DNA of 64,000 bases. Source: a virus. This document shows positions 48,078-58,714 of this stretch, piece by piece. The stretch's first letter is position 1. Each line of letters begins with the position of its first letter. A model generated the notes under the pieces. It made no database searches and was not told the origin of the DNA. It saw nothing but the letters and a program-made list of their open reading frames with translations. The stretch lies in IMG/VR virus record IMGVR_UViG_3300035181_001203, positions 48,654 to 112,653 of that record; one strand, 5' to 3'. Made by a program: the position numbers and the translations under genes.

Positions 48078-49296
48078 TTCACAATTTTTATTTAATTATC
48101 TTCCATCATTTTATCAGAACTTTATGAATGATAAAGATGGGAATAATTTAATTGCTCCAATCTTTGATATTTATTTAAATAGTATTAGCGATGCAATATT
48201 CCAGGGGCAGCAAATTGGGGCTGTTCCTTTTATAGAATTATGTGATCCTATTATTGTTGAATTATTTTCTACTATTGATGTAACAATAAATAATAAATAT
48301 TTAGATGGTTATATTATAGATAATGAAATAATTAAACTAGAAGGATTATATCTCGATGGTAATTTTACAAAACCAGTATTAGGAACATATTCAATTAAAC
48401 ATAATATTTCAAATAATATTCGTTATATAGTTTTTGATACGCAATTACCGTTAACTCAATCAAATATTTTTATTCAAAAAGTTTATAGAGATAAACAGAT
48501 TCTACAAAATATTTGGGGAAATTTAATTAATTACAAAAAACAGATTCCTGATTATAATACTTTATCAGATGGATTTATAGTAGATTTCACATCTATTCAA
48601 TCTGACTTAATTTCATATAAAAATCAGATTATAGCTTTATATTATGGTCTTATTAATGGACCTTCTATTAATTCAATGCGTAATGGATTAGGAATATTTC
48701 TTGGTTTAAAATATGCAACATTTGATGGTATTGTGACAGATTTGAGTAGTGGTGTTACTATAGAATCTTTAGATAGATTGACAACATATAACGCTCCATG
48801 TATTCCAAGAACAGATTTAATAATTGGATCATTAGTTAAAAAATATGATTTACTTGAACAGCCTACATATACTTTTTATGATATTTATAATAATCCAGCA
48901 GCATTTACACAAATTCTTTTAGAAGGACAAGCTGATAAATATTTTACCCTATTAAATATAGATACGGCTAATCAAGAACAATATGCTCATTTAACTTTTG
49001 ATTCGACTATTTCATTCGATGATGTTAATATTTATTGGGATATGGGCAATGGGACTGGACTTGTTAAAGATTTGACAGGCACTACATTGACACCAAAATA
49101 TGACCCACTAACGCCAGAAACAAGATTTGATTCATGGGTTTCACCTTTATTTAATAATGAAAAAATATATGAAATGTTTAGAAATTTATTTATAGTTAGA
49201 GTTGATTCAGCTACAAATGCTAATGCTGATTTTACATATTATCTTAATAGAATAAAACCAATTTGGACAAAATATATTACTTCAGTGTATGTTTAG
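48070..49296 (+). CDS. Putative baseplate wedge-type protein
   Basis: FLFNYLPSFY N-terminus, GPSINSM, YLNRIKP; context. Confidence 0.45.
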   Translation: MSDSQFLFNYLPSFYQNFMNDKDGNNLIAPIFDIYLNSISDAIFQGQQIGAVPFIELCDPIIVELFSTIDVTINNKYLDGYIIDNEIIKLEGLYLDGNFTKPVLGTYSIKHNISNNIRYIVFDTQLPLTQSNIFIQKVYRDKQILQNIWGNLINYKKQIPDYNTLSDGFIVDFTSIQSDLISYKNQIIALYYGLINGPSINSMRNGLGIFLGLKYATFDGIVTDLSSGVTIESLDRLTTYNAPCIPRTDLIIGSLVKKYDLLEQPTYTFYDIYNNPAAFTQILLEGQADKYFTLLNIDTANQEQYAHLTFDSTISFDDVNIYWDMGNGTGLVKDLTGTTLTPKYDPLTPETRFDSWVSPLFNNEKIYEMFRNLFIVRVDSATNANADFTYYLNRIKPIWTKYITSVYV

Positions 49297-49304
49297 GATA
49301 ATGT

Positions 49305-49526
49305 ATGTTAAAAATATCTAATTTAGGATTTGCAGCTTTTCTCATGCTGAAAGAGAAGAGACTTTTAGCTACTCCAACAAAAGATACAAATGGAAAGTTT
49401 GAATTCTATTTCGATATAGCACAAGATAATTATGATGCTTTACTTCACGAGTATGCTACAAGTGATTTTTCTAAGTTTGATAATAATCTCATAAATCTTA
49501 AAAAAATGTTATCTGGAAGAAAATAA
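49305..49526 (+). CDS. DUF5659-like small protein
   Basis: ISNLGFAAFLML...FEFYF. Confidence 0.45.
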   Translation: MLKISNLGFAAFLMLKEKRLLATPTKDTNGKFEFYFDIAQDNYDALLHEYATSDFSKFDNNLINLKKMLSGRK

Positions 49527-49527
49527 T

Positions 49528-49902
49528 ATGAGTGTCACATTAAACAAAGCTACAGATCAATTCATTATTTTTAAAATATATGATGATTATATGTCTAAAA
49601 ATCCTGTAGATTTAACTTCATATATTGATATTATTTGTGCTATAACAGAAGATGGTAGATTACTTTTAGAAAAAAAATATAGTGAAAATGCATTTCAATT
49701 TTCAACCGATTTATCTAGTGGAACTTTATATATTGCAACATTATCAATTGCAAAAAAAGATACTGAATCTCTTACCATAAATCCACAATACGAAGAAAGA
49801 ACAAGATATATAGAATTATTTGGAATTGATAAAAATAGAAAAGTTGTAAGATTTATTAAAACAGAATTCTATCTTGAAGGGTCTGGATATTATGTACATT
49901 GA
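49528..49902 (+). CDS. Ig-like baseplate/fibre-associated protein
   Basis: PVDLT...LLEK...DTESL pattern; context. Confidence 0.4.
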   Translation: MSVTLNKATDQFIIFKIYDDYMSKNPVDLTSYIDIICAITEDGRLLLEKKYSENAFQFSTDLSSGTLYIATLSIAKKDTESLTINPQYEERTRYIELFGIDKNRKVVRFIKTEFYLEGSGYYVH

Positions 49903-49941
49903 GATAATTGTTGGTCCTAATTTTTACGTTGAGGTAGAAGT

Positions 49942-50901
49942 ATGTTAAAATTTTTAGAGAATAATTTAAAATTTGACGCATCCGGTCTTACAATTGGACC
50001 TGGTTCAACTAGTAATCTATCTACTCACTTAACAATTGATCAAACAAGCACTATACCTACTACATTTACTATAGCAGTAAGTGGTTCTCCTTTTACTCCA
50101 GTTTTAACAAAATTAACTGATCAAGATTGTTTATTAACAATTACTTTTGATCAACCATTAACTAATTTACAATTCAATACAAATCATGTTTTAGTTATTA
50201 CTGCAAATACTGGAGATACTTTTAATCTTAATGTTGAAATTAATTATGCAAATGATTTTTCTTTATCTAATTGGACGAATTCAGCAGATGCTGTTTCTGT
50301 AAATGACATAGATTTCAAAGGCCCTTTAACTTCAATAAGCATAAACAATAAATTCAGATCAATTTTAACTAATGCAATTAATGCCTTAAATCAAGCTAGA
50401 TTAAATATGCAGTATTACTTCTTTAAAGAAAAATATCTTTCTGATATTATTGAATTTGCAATCGAAGCTGGATCTACTCTAGAAAATTCAAATGCAGTTA
50501 TAACATATAATTCTGATGGAACAATTAATTATATCATTAAAACTTACACTACTTCCAGGGGTAGAAACCAACAAGTAAAAATAACATACACTTATGGAAA
50601 TTTTAATATTATTAGAATACAAAAACGTGGGAATGTAGAAATACAGCTAGAAACAACTGTAGCAAGTTTAATTACTGGATTTAAAATTGATGCATTAAAT
50701 AATTCTGGAGCATTAATTTATTCATTAGGATCAGTAGCAATTAATAGAAGCGCATCTCCAACATTATATTCAATTCCGTATTTACATGATTATTTAGATA
50801 CTGGTAATCCTACTATTGATGCTATTAATCCAGATAATATAATGGCAGATTATAAATATTATAGAACTAATACTATTACTGGATGGACGGTAACTGTATG
50901 A
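49942..50901 (+). CDS. Putative structural (fibre-associated) protein
   Basis: Thr/Asn-rich beta protein; GAGG RBS. Confidence 0.5.
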   Translation: MLKFLENNLKFDASGLTIGPGSTSNLSTHLTIDQTSTIPTTFTIAVSGSPFTPVLTKLTDQDCLLTITFDQPLTNLQFNTNHVLVITANTGDTFNLNVEINYANDFSLSNWTNSADAVSVNDIDFKGPLTSISINNKFRSILTNAINALNQARLNMQYYFFKEKYLSDIIEFAIEAGSTLENSNAVITYNSDGTINYIIKTYTTSRGRNQQVKITYTYGNFNIIRIQKRGNVEIQLETTVASLITGFKIDALNNSGALIYSLGSVAINRSASPTLYSIPYLHDYLDTGNPTIDAINPDNIMADYKYYRTNTITGWTVTV

Positions 50902-52877
50902 ACTTAGATTCATTTAATAGTCTAGAATCATTTAAGCTTTTTTTTAAATCTGTATATGATTCTATACGAAATGTAGCTTCTATAGCTCAATCTGCTGCAA
51001 ATAGTTATGCAGATTTACAAGATGCTTTTGATCGTAGAGTAGTAATATCAGAAGAGTATAATGGTAGACAATCTCAAAATATTAATATATCAACAACATT
51101 TGGTGATGATGTTGGTGGACTAAATTCAAAAGAATTTAGATTTTTATATGGATCTACTTTAAAATATGACAGAGTACTACCAATAGACCATCAAGATACA
51201 TCAGAAGTTGTAAATCTTCAAACACTTATAAATTTATTATCATCTAATCCTAACACTTATTTAAAAAATACGGGTGATACTGCAACTGGATCTTATACTT
51301 TTGGTCCAGATCCATTATTACCAAATACGACAATAACATTAAATGATGTTTTATTATCATTAAATGCGGGTGGTAATACTGCAATAGTCGGGCCAGAAGC
51401 AACGGCTATTATGAACAGATCTGCTGTGCAAGCATTAATTGCTGCAATTCCTCCTTCAAGCGTAAGCGAAAATACTATTACTATAGGTGCTGGTAGCACC
51501 GCTAATAGTGGATATGCTTCATTAGGATCAGATTTAGCTATAGCTTGGGTGACTGGTCCATCTACTTTTTTTAGTGGTTCTACAAATCCAGAAATAACTC
51601 TAAATACTCCAGTTACATTTGATACTATTTATAGTTATTCATTATCAAGTGAAAACGCTGAAACAAATTCATTAATTTCTGATAATGATGCATGGTGGCA
51701 GATGGTTGATGCACCATCTGGAAATAGTTTTAATCTTATATTACAAGCTGTTGGAGGAACCGTTTCTGGATATATGATTCCAAAATTAATTGTTATTGGA
51801 AAATTAGTATCAACAGCATTAAGTATAACTACTCAAGATAAAAGTATAATGGCCGCAAATGGTCAAGTATATCCAATGTTAGCATATTTAACATTAACAT
51901 CAAGTGGTGGAGTAGCTCCTATTACATGGACTTTATTAACTTCAGATTACTCAGCACAATTTGCCCCCGGATACTCTAACATTGTTCAAATTAGTGTTCC
52001 TAGCACCGGATTATACCCAATATCAGTAAAGGCTACAGATGCAAATGGAGAAGTAGCATCTCGTATAATTAATATAACAATTACAGATTATACAGTAGTA
52101 ACATTAGTAATTACAAATGTAGATCAATCCGTTACTGCTGATACTTATCCATTTAATATTACCACATTATTAAATTATACTGGTGGTACGGCACCTATAA
52201 CTTGGGTAATATCAAGTTATACTGCATTAACAACAGCACCAACTATTACTAGCGGTAATCAATTAAATGTAAGTTTCCCTAGTGCTGGTACATATACAAT
52301 TACAGTTCAAGCTACAGATAGTGCTAATACTCCACAGGTTGTTTCAAAAACAATAACATTTACCGTAAGTAATTATGTTACACCACCGCCACCACCATGC
52401 TTTGAATCGGATGAAACGTATATTCTTTTAGAAGATGGATCATCTAAACTTTTAAAAGATATGAGAGCTGGTGATAAAATTTTAACCATAAGTGAAGCTT
52501 GTTTAAAAACTAAACTTTTGTCTGTAACTTCATCCACCGTAACTGGAGTAACATTAATTCCTTCTAATGATCCAAAAGGCAGCATTACTTGTCATAATAT
52601 AAAGGCTACGTTAGGACATCCTTGGTCAACAATAGATGATCCTGATGGTAATTTATGGATAAGAAGTGAAGCAATTATTCCAACAACCAAATTAATAGAA
52701 GTTTTTAAAGACACAAATAGTTATCGTGGAAGAATTACAGAAGCATCAACAACAAGTAAAACTGGTGTTATTAGAGTTGCTGGTAATATGACAACTTTAG
52801 CTTCAACTTATTGCGTAAGCTCTAGTCCTATTGGACCGTGGTTTGTAGTGCATAATATGATATCCACAACGTGTTAA
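50898..52877 (+). CDS. Tail fibre/adhesin with Ig-like repeats and C-terminal Hint domain
   Basis: Two GG.APITW...G.Y.I.V.ATD repeats; PPPPP-CF...ATLGHP...VVHN; ATGA-coupled start at 50898. Confidence 0.75.
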   Translation: MNLDSFNSLESFKLFFKSVYDSIRNVASIAQSAANSYADLQDAFDRRVVISEEYNGRQSQNINISTTFGDDVGGLNSKEFRFLYGSTLKYDRVLPIDHQDTSEVVNLQTLINLLSSNPNTYLKNTGDTATGSYTFGPDPLLPNTTITLNDVLLSLNAGGNTAIVGPEATAIMNRSAVQALIAAIPPSSVSENTITIGAGSTANSGYASLGSDLAIAWVTGPSTFFSGSTNPEITLNTPVTFDTIYSYSLSSENAETNSLISDNDAWWQMVDAPSGNSFNLILQAVGGTVSGYMIPKLIVIGKLVSTALSITTQDKSIMAANGQVYPMLAYLTLTSSGGVAPITWTLLTSDYSAQFAPGYSNIVQISVPSTGLYPISVKATDANGEVASRIINITITDYTVVTLVITNVDQSVTADTYPFNITTLLNYTGGTAPITWVISSYTALTTAPTITSGNQLNVSFPSAGTYTITVQATDSANTPQVVSKTITFTVSNYVTPPPPPCFESDETYILLEDGSSKLLKDMRAGDKILTISEACLKTKLLSVTSSTVTGVTLIPSNDPKGSITCHNIKATLGHPWSTIDDPDGNLWIRSEAIIPTTKLIEVFKDTNSYRGRITEASTTSKTGVIRVAGNMTTLASTYCVSSSPIGPWFVVHNMISTTC

Positions 52878-52941
52878 TGTATTATTGAAAAAATATAATT
52901 AATATGATATTCTATATATTGTCAGCTTTACTGGATTTTAA

Positions 52942-54114
52942 ATGAACCTTAGTGAACTTCAAGCTTTAGAAAAAATTCAAATTGGCGATATTAAATCTGC
53001 TATAGATCAGATTAAATATTTAATTATTCAAAATAATCAGACTCAAGCAAATTTAAATAAAATATTTCAAGAATTAGACACTAAGGTTAATTTACAATCT
53101 GAGTATTTAACTGCGTTAGATCCGATTCTTAAGATTGGATCAGGAACAGTTTCCGCTAATGGAATTAATGTTACTGGAATTGGAACATTATTTACAAGAG
53201 AAATAAGTGTTGGAAATAGTATTAAAATTGGAACTGAAACACAAGTAGTAGCAACTATTGTAGATGATTTAAATTTGACAGTAGTATCAGCTTTTACCTC
53301 AACTTCAGTTAATCAAGTTTATGGAGTATTAAAATTATTAAGTAAAGAAGTATTAACTGGCAACTTTGAATTTGGTGTTACAAACGGTACACCATTTGCA
53401 GGAGTTGTTAATCAGGGAAGTGTATTTCAGTATTATGGAAGAATGACAGATCCATATGATATAATTAATGTACAGTTTGCTCAAAGATTGTTTACTCCAG
53501 CCATGATAAGAGCAGCTAATTCAATACTAAGAACCGGCGATACTGTTGGTGATGCATCTTTAGTTTATGAATATCTTTTTAAAAATGTAAATTGGACTTT
53601 TGATACTTCTTCCAGCGTTTATTATGATGGTCCTATTACGCAGCCTAATCATTTAGCTACATTAAAGACGGTTCAAGATTATGTTACTACTGCTACTACA
53701 AAACGATATATTAAATCAATAGATAATACATTAACAGAATTAGTTGCAAATAAATTAGAGTTTTATGGTCCTGACTTCTTTCAGATTACAGGTCCAACAG
53801 AATTTACAATTCACGCGCCTGTTGGCGAATATCAACTTCTTATTGTTGTATCTGCAACGGCTGAGACAACTCATGGAGCGCATGATGACCATGTTGGAGT
53901 TGAATTAAGTGTAAGTAAAAATGGACAACAAATTGGGTATAGCTATGAAAGAATGGAAACAACTGTTCATGATAGAGATATGGAATTGTATGGTAATATG
54001 ACTGCTACAGTTACTACCACAACTACTGTCATTAATGGTGATACAATTTCTTTCAATAGAATTAATACTTGGGGAACTTTTCAACACTATAATTTAATGA
54101 TTACTACTTTATAG
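52942..54114 (+). CDS. Putative tail fibre protein
   Basis: GTVSANGINVTGIGTLFT..ISVG; HLATLKTVQDYV. Confidence 0.5.
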   Translation: MNLSELQALEKIQIGDIKSAIDQIKYLIIQNNQTQANLNKIFQELDTKVNLQSEYLTALDPILKIGSGTVSANGINVTGIGTLFTREISVGNSIKIGTETQVVATIVDDLNLTVVSAFTSTSVNQVYGVLKLLSKEVLTGNFEFGVTNGTPFAGVVNQGSVFQYYGRMTDPYDIINVQFAQRLFTPAMIRAANSILRTGDTVGDASLVYEYLFKNVNWTFDTSSSVYYDGPITQPNHLATLKTVQDYVTTATTKRYIKSIDNTLTELVANKLEFYGPDFFQITGPTEFTIHAPVGEYQLLIVVSATAETTHGAHDDHVGVELSVSKNGQQIGYSYERMETTVHDRDMELYGNMTATVTTTTTVINGDTISFNRINTWGTFQHYNLMITTL

Positions 54115-54126
54115 GGATAAGATCAT

Positions 54127-55053
54127 ATGTTCACAGACCATATTCATGATCAAATTGGAAAATATAGAGTTGGAGTTATTGTTGACTCTATGCCTGATTT
54201 TGTAAAAGAAGCAGAAGAAAAAATTGTTACAGAAGATTTAACAAAACTCCCTGATGGTGCTTTTGCTTATTCTGATGGCGTAAATAGATTTTTCCCTATT
54301 CATACTCCTGAACATACTTGGCTTAGTCATGCATATTTTGAAAAATTTGCCAGTCAAATTGATGAATCTATTAGATCCGAGATTGAAGATCGAATTGATG
54401 ATGCATATTTAGCCTTTGAACTTCCACTGAATAATTTAGTAAAATTTGCTTCTCAAGAAGATCATATTGATGCTTTACATAGTCTTTCTATTGAAATGAA
54501 TAACTTTATTGATAATTATAAAAGATTACCAGTTCGTCAAAGGCGCAATAAAGCTAAAGAAATTTTAGCAAGAGCATTTGCTTTAGGCAAAGCAGAACAT
54601 ATGCATGATCTTATTAAACAATATGCTGGACATAATTTAAATCCAAATTATTCTCAAGCTTTTGCTTCGAGGATGAAATACTTCAAAGAGAATGCTCCTG
54701 AAAGAAAAATTTTAATGCAAATGCAAGATGAAGTTCCAAATCATCTGGCAGAAAGAGTAGCAGAAGCATTACAAATTTTTGATGAAAAAACAGGATTACA
54801 TAAATATTACGATAATGAAATTATGGATCCTTACTATGAACTCCTATCCCCTGGAGAAATTTCTGAATCTCCAATATATTTTGATGGTGAAACAATCCTT
54901 CCATCAAAATTAAAAAATTTTGATCACACTTCTTTATCAGATATTCTTAATGATCATTTATTAGGTGGCTTGAAACTTGATCCAATCAATACTTTAAAAA
55001 ACATGAATCCAAACGTTAGAATTATTGTCATTAAAAGAATTAATCATGCATAA
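54127..55053 (+). CDS. Putative head assembly/core protein
   Basis: LPDGAFA...RFFPIHT; two KFASQ sites; upstream of portal. Confidence 0.4.
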   Translation: MFTDHIHDQIGKYRVGVIVDSMPDFVKEAEEKIVTEDLTKLPDGAFAYSDGVNRFFPIHTPEHTWLSHAYFEKFASQIDESIRSEIEDRIDDAYLAFELPLNNLVKFASQEDHIDALHSLSIEMNNFIDNYKRLPVRQRRNKAKEILARAFALGKAEHMHDLIKQYAGHNLNPNYSQAFASRMKYFKENAPERKILMQMQDEVPNHLAERVAEALQIFDEKTGLHKYYDNEIMDPYYELLSPGEISESPIYFDGETILPSKLKNFDHTSLSDILNDHLLGGLKLDPINTLKNMNPNVRIIVIKRINHA

Positions 55054-55495
55054 CATGGATAATGAAACCATCGTTTTAATTAATGATAATAAACTTTCTG
55101 AACAAGAATTAGAAAAAGTTTTTGCATTGAAAGCATTACAAGAAAACCCTGGTATTTTAGGGAATGTTTTTGCATTTGAAAAACTTTGCTATGTATTAAA
55201 TAATTTAAAACCTAACACAACAGCACTTCAACCTCCAACCATATTACATCTTGCCAAAGCTATTCAATTTTTACAAAAAGAATATCCCGAACATCATTGG
55301 CATAGAGAAGTTAAAGAATATATTGCACAAATTGCATTAGATGAGGGATGGTATTTACTTCCGTCAATTTTAAATTTTGCTCAAAAAGAATTAGATGCAA
55401 TTTCTTACAAAAAAGAAGAATTAGATGAAGATCAAAAAAAGCTGCAAGAATTAAAACACTTAGCTGTTAATAAGTATTTAGCTTTGGATAATTAA
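55046..55495 (+). CDS. Hypothetical head-region protein
   Basis: AFEKLCYVLN...EVKEYIA; start probably ATG 55046 or 55055. Confidence 0.45.
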   Translation: MHNMDNETIVLINDNKLSEQELEKVFALKALQENPGILGNVFAFEKLCYVLNNLKPNTTALQPPTILHLAKAIQFLQKEYPEHHWHREVKEYIAQIALDEGWYLLPSILNFAQKELDAISYKKEELDEDQKKLQELKHLAVNKYLALDN

Positions 55496-55496
55496 A

Positions 55497-57338
55497 ATGA
55501 GCAATATATCGAATACTAGCGTCGTCGCACCAGAGAATAGTAGACGCTACCCATCGAATGGCATAGATTATCCACTTAGGTTTTTCAATATGCTCCATTT
55601 TCAGCGTCCTAAAACGCTGAATGAAATATTTAAGTGGTGCATAATTTTAAATGAATCACACGGTCTTTTAGATCGTATAACAGATACTATGGCAAGATAT
55701 CCAGTTACCCATATTGTAGTAACTGGAGACACTGGAGAAAATAATTCATTTTGGTCAGATCATCTTAACGAAACTGTAAGTATTCAAAATGAATTAGTTC
55801 AAAATGGTAAAGATTATTATACATTTGGCAACTGCATAGTAACTATTGTACCTCCATTCAAAAGATATTTAGTTTGCCCAAAATGTAATACTTATAAACG
55901 TCATTGTATTAATGAAGATAATTCAGATGATAGAATTGACTGGAAATTTCATAATTTTAATTTTATTTCAAAATGTAAAAATAAAGAGTGTAAATATAAT
56001 GGTATAATGGAAGTTAAAGACGAATTGTTAACTGGTGAAGAATTTGCAAATAATGTAAAAATTCAAAGATGGCCTATTGCTCATATTAAAATTAGGGATT
56101 TAAGTATTGCTGGTAAAAAACGTATTTATTATAAAATAGAAGATAAATATCGTAAGCCAATTTTAAGTGGAGATAAGTTTGTTGTAGCTAATGTCCCATA
56201 TACATTTATATTAGCTTGTAAACAAAATAAAAATTCAGCAATTATAGAACTTCCACCTGAATTAACATTCCATTATAAATATGAATCTATTACAGAACCA
56301 GAATGGGAAGGATTATCTAAACCATTTTTCTTCTCTGCATGGAAAGATATCTTCATGAGTTTTGTTTTACGAAAAGCTCAAGAATGTATTGCTTCAGATC
56401 ATTTAATTCCAAATCGTTTTATATTTCCTACCGCTACCACTGGTGGTACAGATCCCTTAAGTAAAATTGACGGATCTGCATGGGTTCAAACAGTTACAAC
56501 GCAATTAAAGAGACAACAAAATGATCCAAATGAAATTGGAATCGTTCCCTTTCCATTAGGATATCAAGCTTTAGGTGGTCAAGGCAAAGCTATGTCTCTT
56601 AGGGAAGAAATTGAACTTCAAGATCGTAGAATTCTTACACAAATGGGTATTCCGCCAGAATTAATTTATGGTGGTATGACTTGGAGTGGAAGTAATATAT
56701 CATTAAGAATGCTTGAAAATTTATTTATGTATTACATTGGTAAGCATAATCAATTTATCAAGTTTTATACAAATTATGTATCTAGAGTTTCTGGGATTAA
56801 AGCACCAACAAAAGCTATGTTATCACCATTCAAGATGGCTGATGATATTCAACAAATGAATGCCCTTAGTGCATTAGGCGCACAAGGTAGAATAAGTGAA
56901 ACTACTGCTTTAAGTCAAGTTGGAAATGGCATTAATCTTTCTCATGAAGCAGATCAAGCTGAAAAAGATGCAGATAGTATGAAGCGTTTACTTAGAGCAA
57001 GACAAATGATGAATACTGAAGTAACTAATGAAATTAATAAAATTAATCAACTTGAGAATGTTGATTTACAAGGTGAAGCTATTTTAGAACAAGGTAAAAT
57101 TCAACAAGCAGCAGGTAGTCAATTGGTTAATGGCATTACAGCTTCGACAACTCAAGGAATTGTAAATCAATTAAATAATGTTAAAGATCCATTAGAACGA
57201 AGATCTTTACTGATAGAGCTTCAATCAAAAGACTCGCAAAAATATAATGAAATAGTATCTGCATTAAATGGCGTTTCTAATAATTCATTACCAGAAGCTA
57301 AGTTCGCTAAATCTACGCCAGAAAAGGCTAAAGTATGA
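55497..57338 (+). CDS. Portal protein with Cys-rich insertion
   Basis: DYYTFGNCIV, GLSKPF, ILTQMGIPPELIYGG..WSGSNISLRMLEN, ISETT; position before neck/tail genes. Confidence 0.7.
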   Translation: MSNISNTSVVAPENSRRYPSNGIDYPLRFFNMLHFQRPKTLNEIFKWCIILNESHGLLDRITDTMARYPVTHIVVTGDTGENNSFWSDHLNETVSIQNELVQNGKDYYTFGNCIVTIVPPFKRYLVCPKCNTYKRHCINEDNSDDRIDWKFHNFNFISKCKNKECKYNGIMEVKDELLTGEEFANNVKIQRWPIAHIKIRDLSIAGKKRIYYKIEDKYRKPILSGDKFVVANVPYTFILACKQNKNSAIIELPPELTFHYKYESITEPEWEGLSKPFFFSAWKDIFMSFVLRKAQECIASDHLIPNRFIFPTATTGGTDPLSKIDGSAWVQTVTTQLKRQQNDPNEIGIVPFPLGYQALGGQGKAMSLREEIELQDRRILTQMGIPPELIYGGMTWSGSNISLRMLENLFMYYIGKHNQFIKFYTNYVSRVSGIKAPTKAMLSPFKMADDIQQMNALSALGAQGRISETTALSQVGNGINLSHEADQAEKDADSMKRLLRARQMMNTEVTNEINKINQLENVDLQGEAILEQGKIQQAAGSQLVNGITASTTQGIVNQLNNVKDPLERRSLLIELQSKDSQKYNEIVSALNGVSNNSLPEAKFAKSTPEKAKV

Positions 57339-58255
57339 GTTTAATTAAATTAGCAGGATTACAATCTTTAATTATGCCAACCGTAGGAACTACTGCTGCT
57401 ATGAGTGGAAGTCCTTTTTCATGGTTAATGAAAAAGAGTCCTAAACAAAAGATTTTTGGATTTATTCCAAAGCCTAGTTTAAGAAGAAATGTTCAGGAAA
57501 TAAATATATCAACAATAGCAAATGCTATTAATAATATTAGAGATGGAAAAGTGCAAGATTCTACTAGATTCCTATCTGGATTAGCCGATTCTACAATAGG
57601 TCATGCTGGCAAATTAGGAATTGGAATTGCTGAGAAATTAAATAAAACTCCAGGGGTTTCTAAATTATATAAATATTTAACAAATAGAGTTATATCAAGA
57701 GATGGAAAAATACAAATAGATCAATTAGAAAAACTATTAAAAACTGGTAAAAAAATTAATGATATTAGTTCTAAAATTAGCAATAATCCATTAACATTGT
57801 ATGGAGCAGGTATTGGTTCTATAGTGGGTGGTTCTAAAACTCCAACTGATGATAATTCAAGATTAAAAAATACTTTAAAAGGATTTATGGTTGGTGGAAG
57901 TGTTGGTTTTGGAGCTAAGAAAATAGCAAATTCAGTAAAAAATAAAACAAATCCATTGGCATCTATACATAAACATTATTTTGCTGATGATTATTGGAAG
58001 GAAAGAATACAAGGAGCAAACAAAAGTGTTATTGGTCCTGTATTAGCAAATGCTTTTACATCTTCTCCAGAAAGTAGAGCAAATCGAATTAAGAGATTTA
58101 ATGCGTGGCGTGATTTTAACCAGGATGTTTTTAATAAAAATAAATTTGTAAATTTATTCAATACCACAAAAGATAGTTTTAAAACAAAAAATAAAAACAA
58201 GAGAACACTTATTGGCTCATTAGGTAATAAACTATTTGGTGAAGATGAAAAATGA
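57335..58255 (+). CDS. MSLIKLA-tagged basic protein with Gly-rich hydrophobic helices
   Basis: MSLIKLAGL...GAGIGSIVGG...GFMVGGSVGFGA. Confidence 0.7.
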   Translation: MSLIKLAGLQSLIMPTVGTTAAMSGSPFSWLMKKSPKQKIFGFIPKPSLRRNVQEINISTIANAINNIRDGKVQDSTRFLSGLADSTIGHAGKLGIGIAEKLNKTPGVSKLYKYLTNRVISRDGKIQIDQLEKLLKTGKKINDISSKISNNPLTLYGAGIGSIVGGSKTPTDDNSRLKNTLKGFMVGGSVGFGAKKIANSVKNKTNPLASIHKHYFADDYWKERIQGANKSVIGPVLANAFTSSPESRANRIKRFNAWRDFNQDVFNKNKFVNLFNTTKDSFKTKNKNKRTLIGSLGNKLFGEDEK

Positions 58256-58701
58256 CTCCAAAATCTAATTTAACTTCTCATTCAAAATTTTTAAGTCTCA
58301 CTAATACTGAGAGTTTATCAGCTTATTGTTTACTTTTAGATAAAGTTATTGGAAGTCCAAATAAATACAATATTGTAAATAATGATATTGAATATGATCC
58401 ATTTGGGAATCCTTATGTAATTTTTCAGTATTATGAAAAACCCGAAGAAGAAGAACGTAAAATTAAAAAAATGTCTTTCTTCGCAGAGATTGTTGATGTT
58501 CATGATTTAGAAAGATATGATTCATTAGTAAATTCTCATCTTAAAAATGATATTAAACTTGTTTTTATTAAGAATTGCGTAGAAAAATTAAAAGATAATT
58601 TTAGAATATATTATATACTTATATATATAAAAGCTTTAGAAGGATATATTATTGATGAAGGTGAATTAAAAAAGATAGCTCCTAAAGAAAAAACCAGATA
58701 G
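58252..58701 (+). CDS. Hypothetical protein
   Basis: ATGA-coupled. Confidence 0.5.
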   Translation: MTPKSNLTSHSKFLSLTNTESLSAYCLLLDKVIGSPNKYNIVNNDIEYDPFGNPYVIFQYYEKPEEEERKIKKMSFFAEIVDVHDLERYDSLVNSHLKNDIKLVFIKNCVEKLKDNFRIYYILIYIKALEGYIIDEGELKKIAPKEKTR

Positions 58702-58714
58702 GAGGATAAATATA

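Noticed and set aside
52398-52856. Canonical splicing intein with homing endonuclease
   Set aside because: No endonuclease domain, no nucleophile after HN and only a 6-residue C-terminal extension
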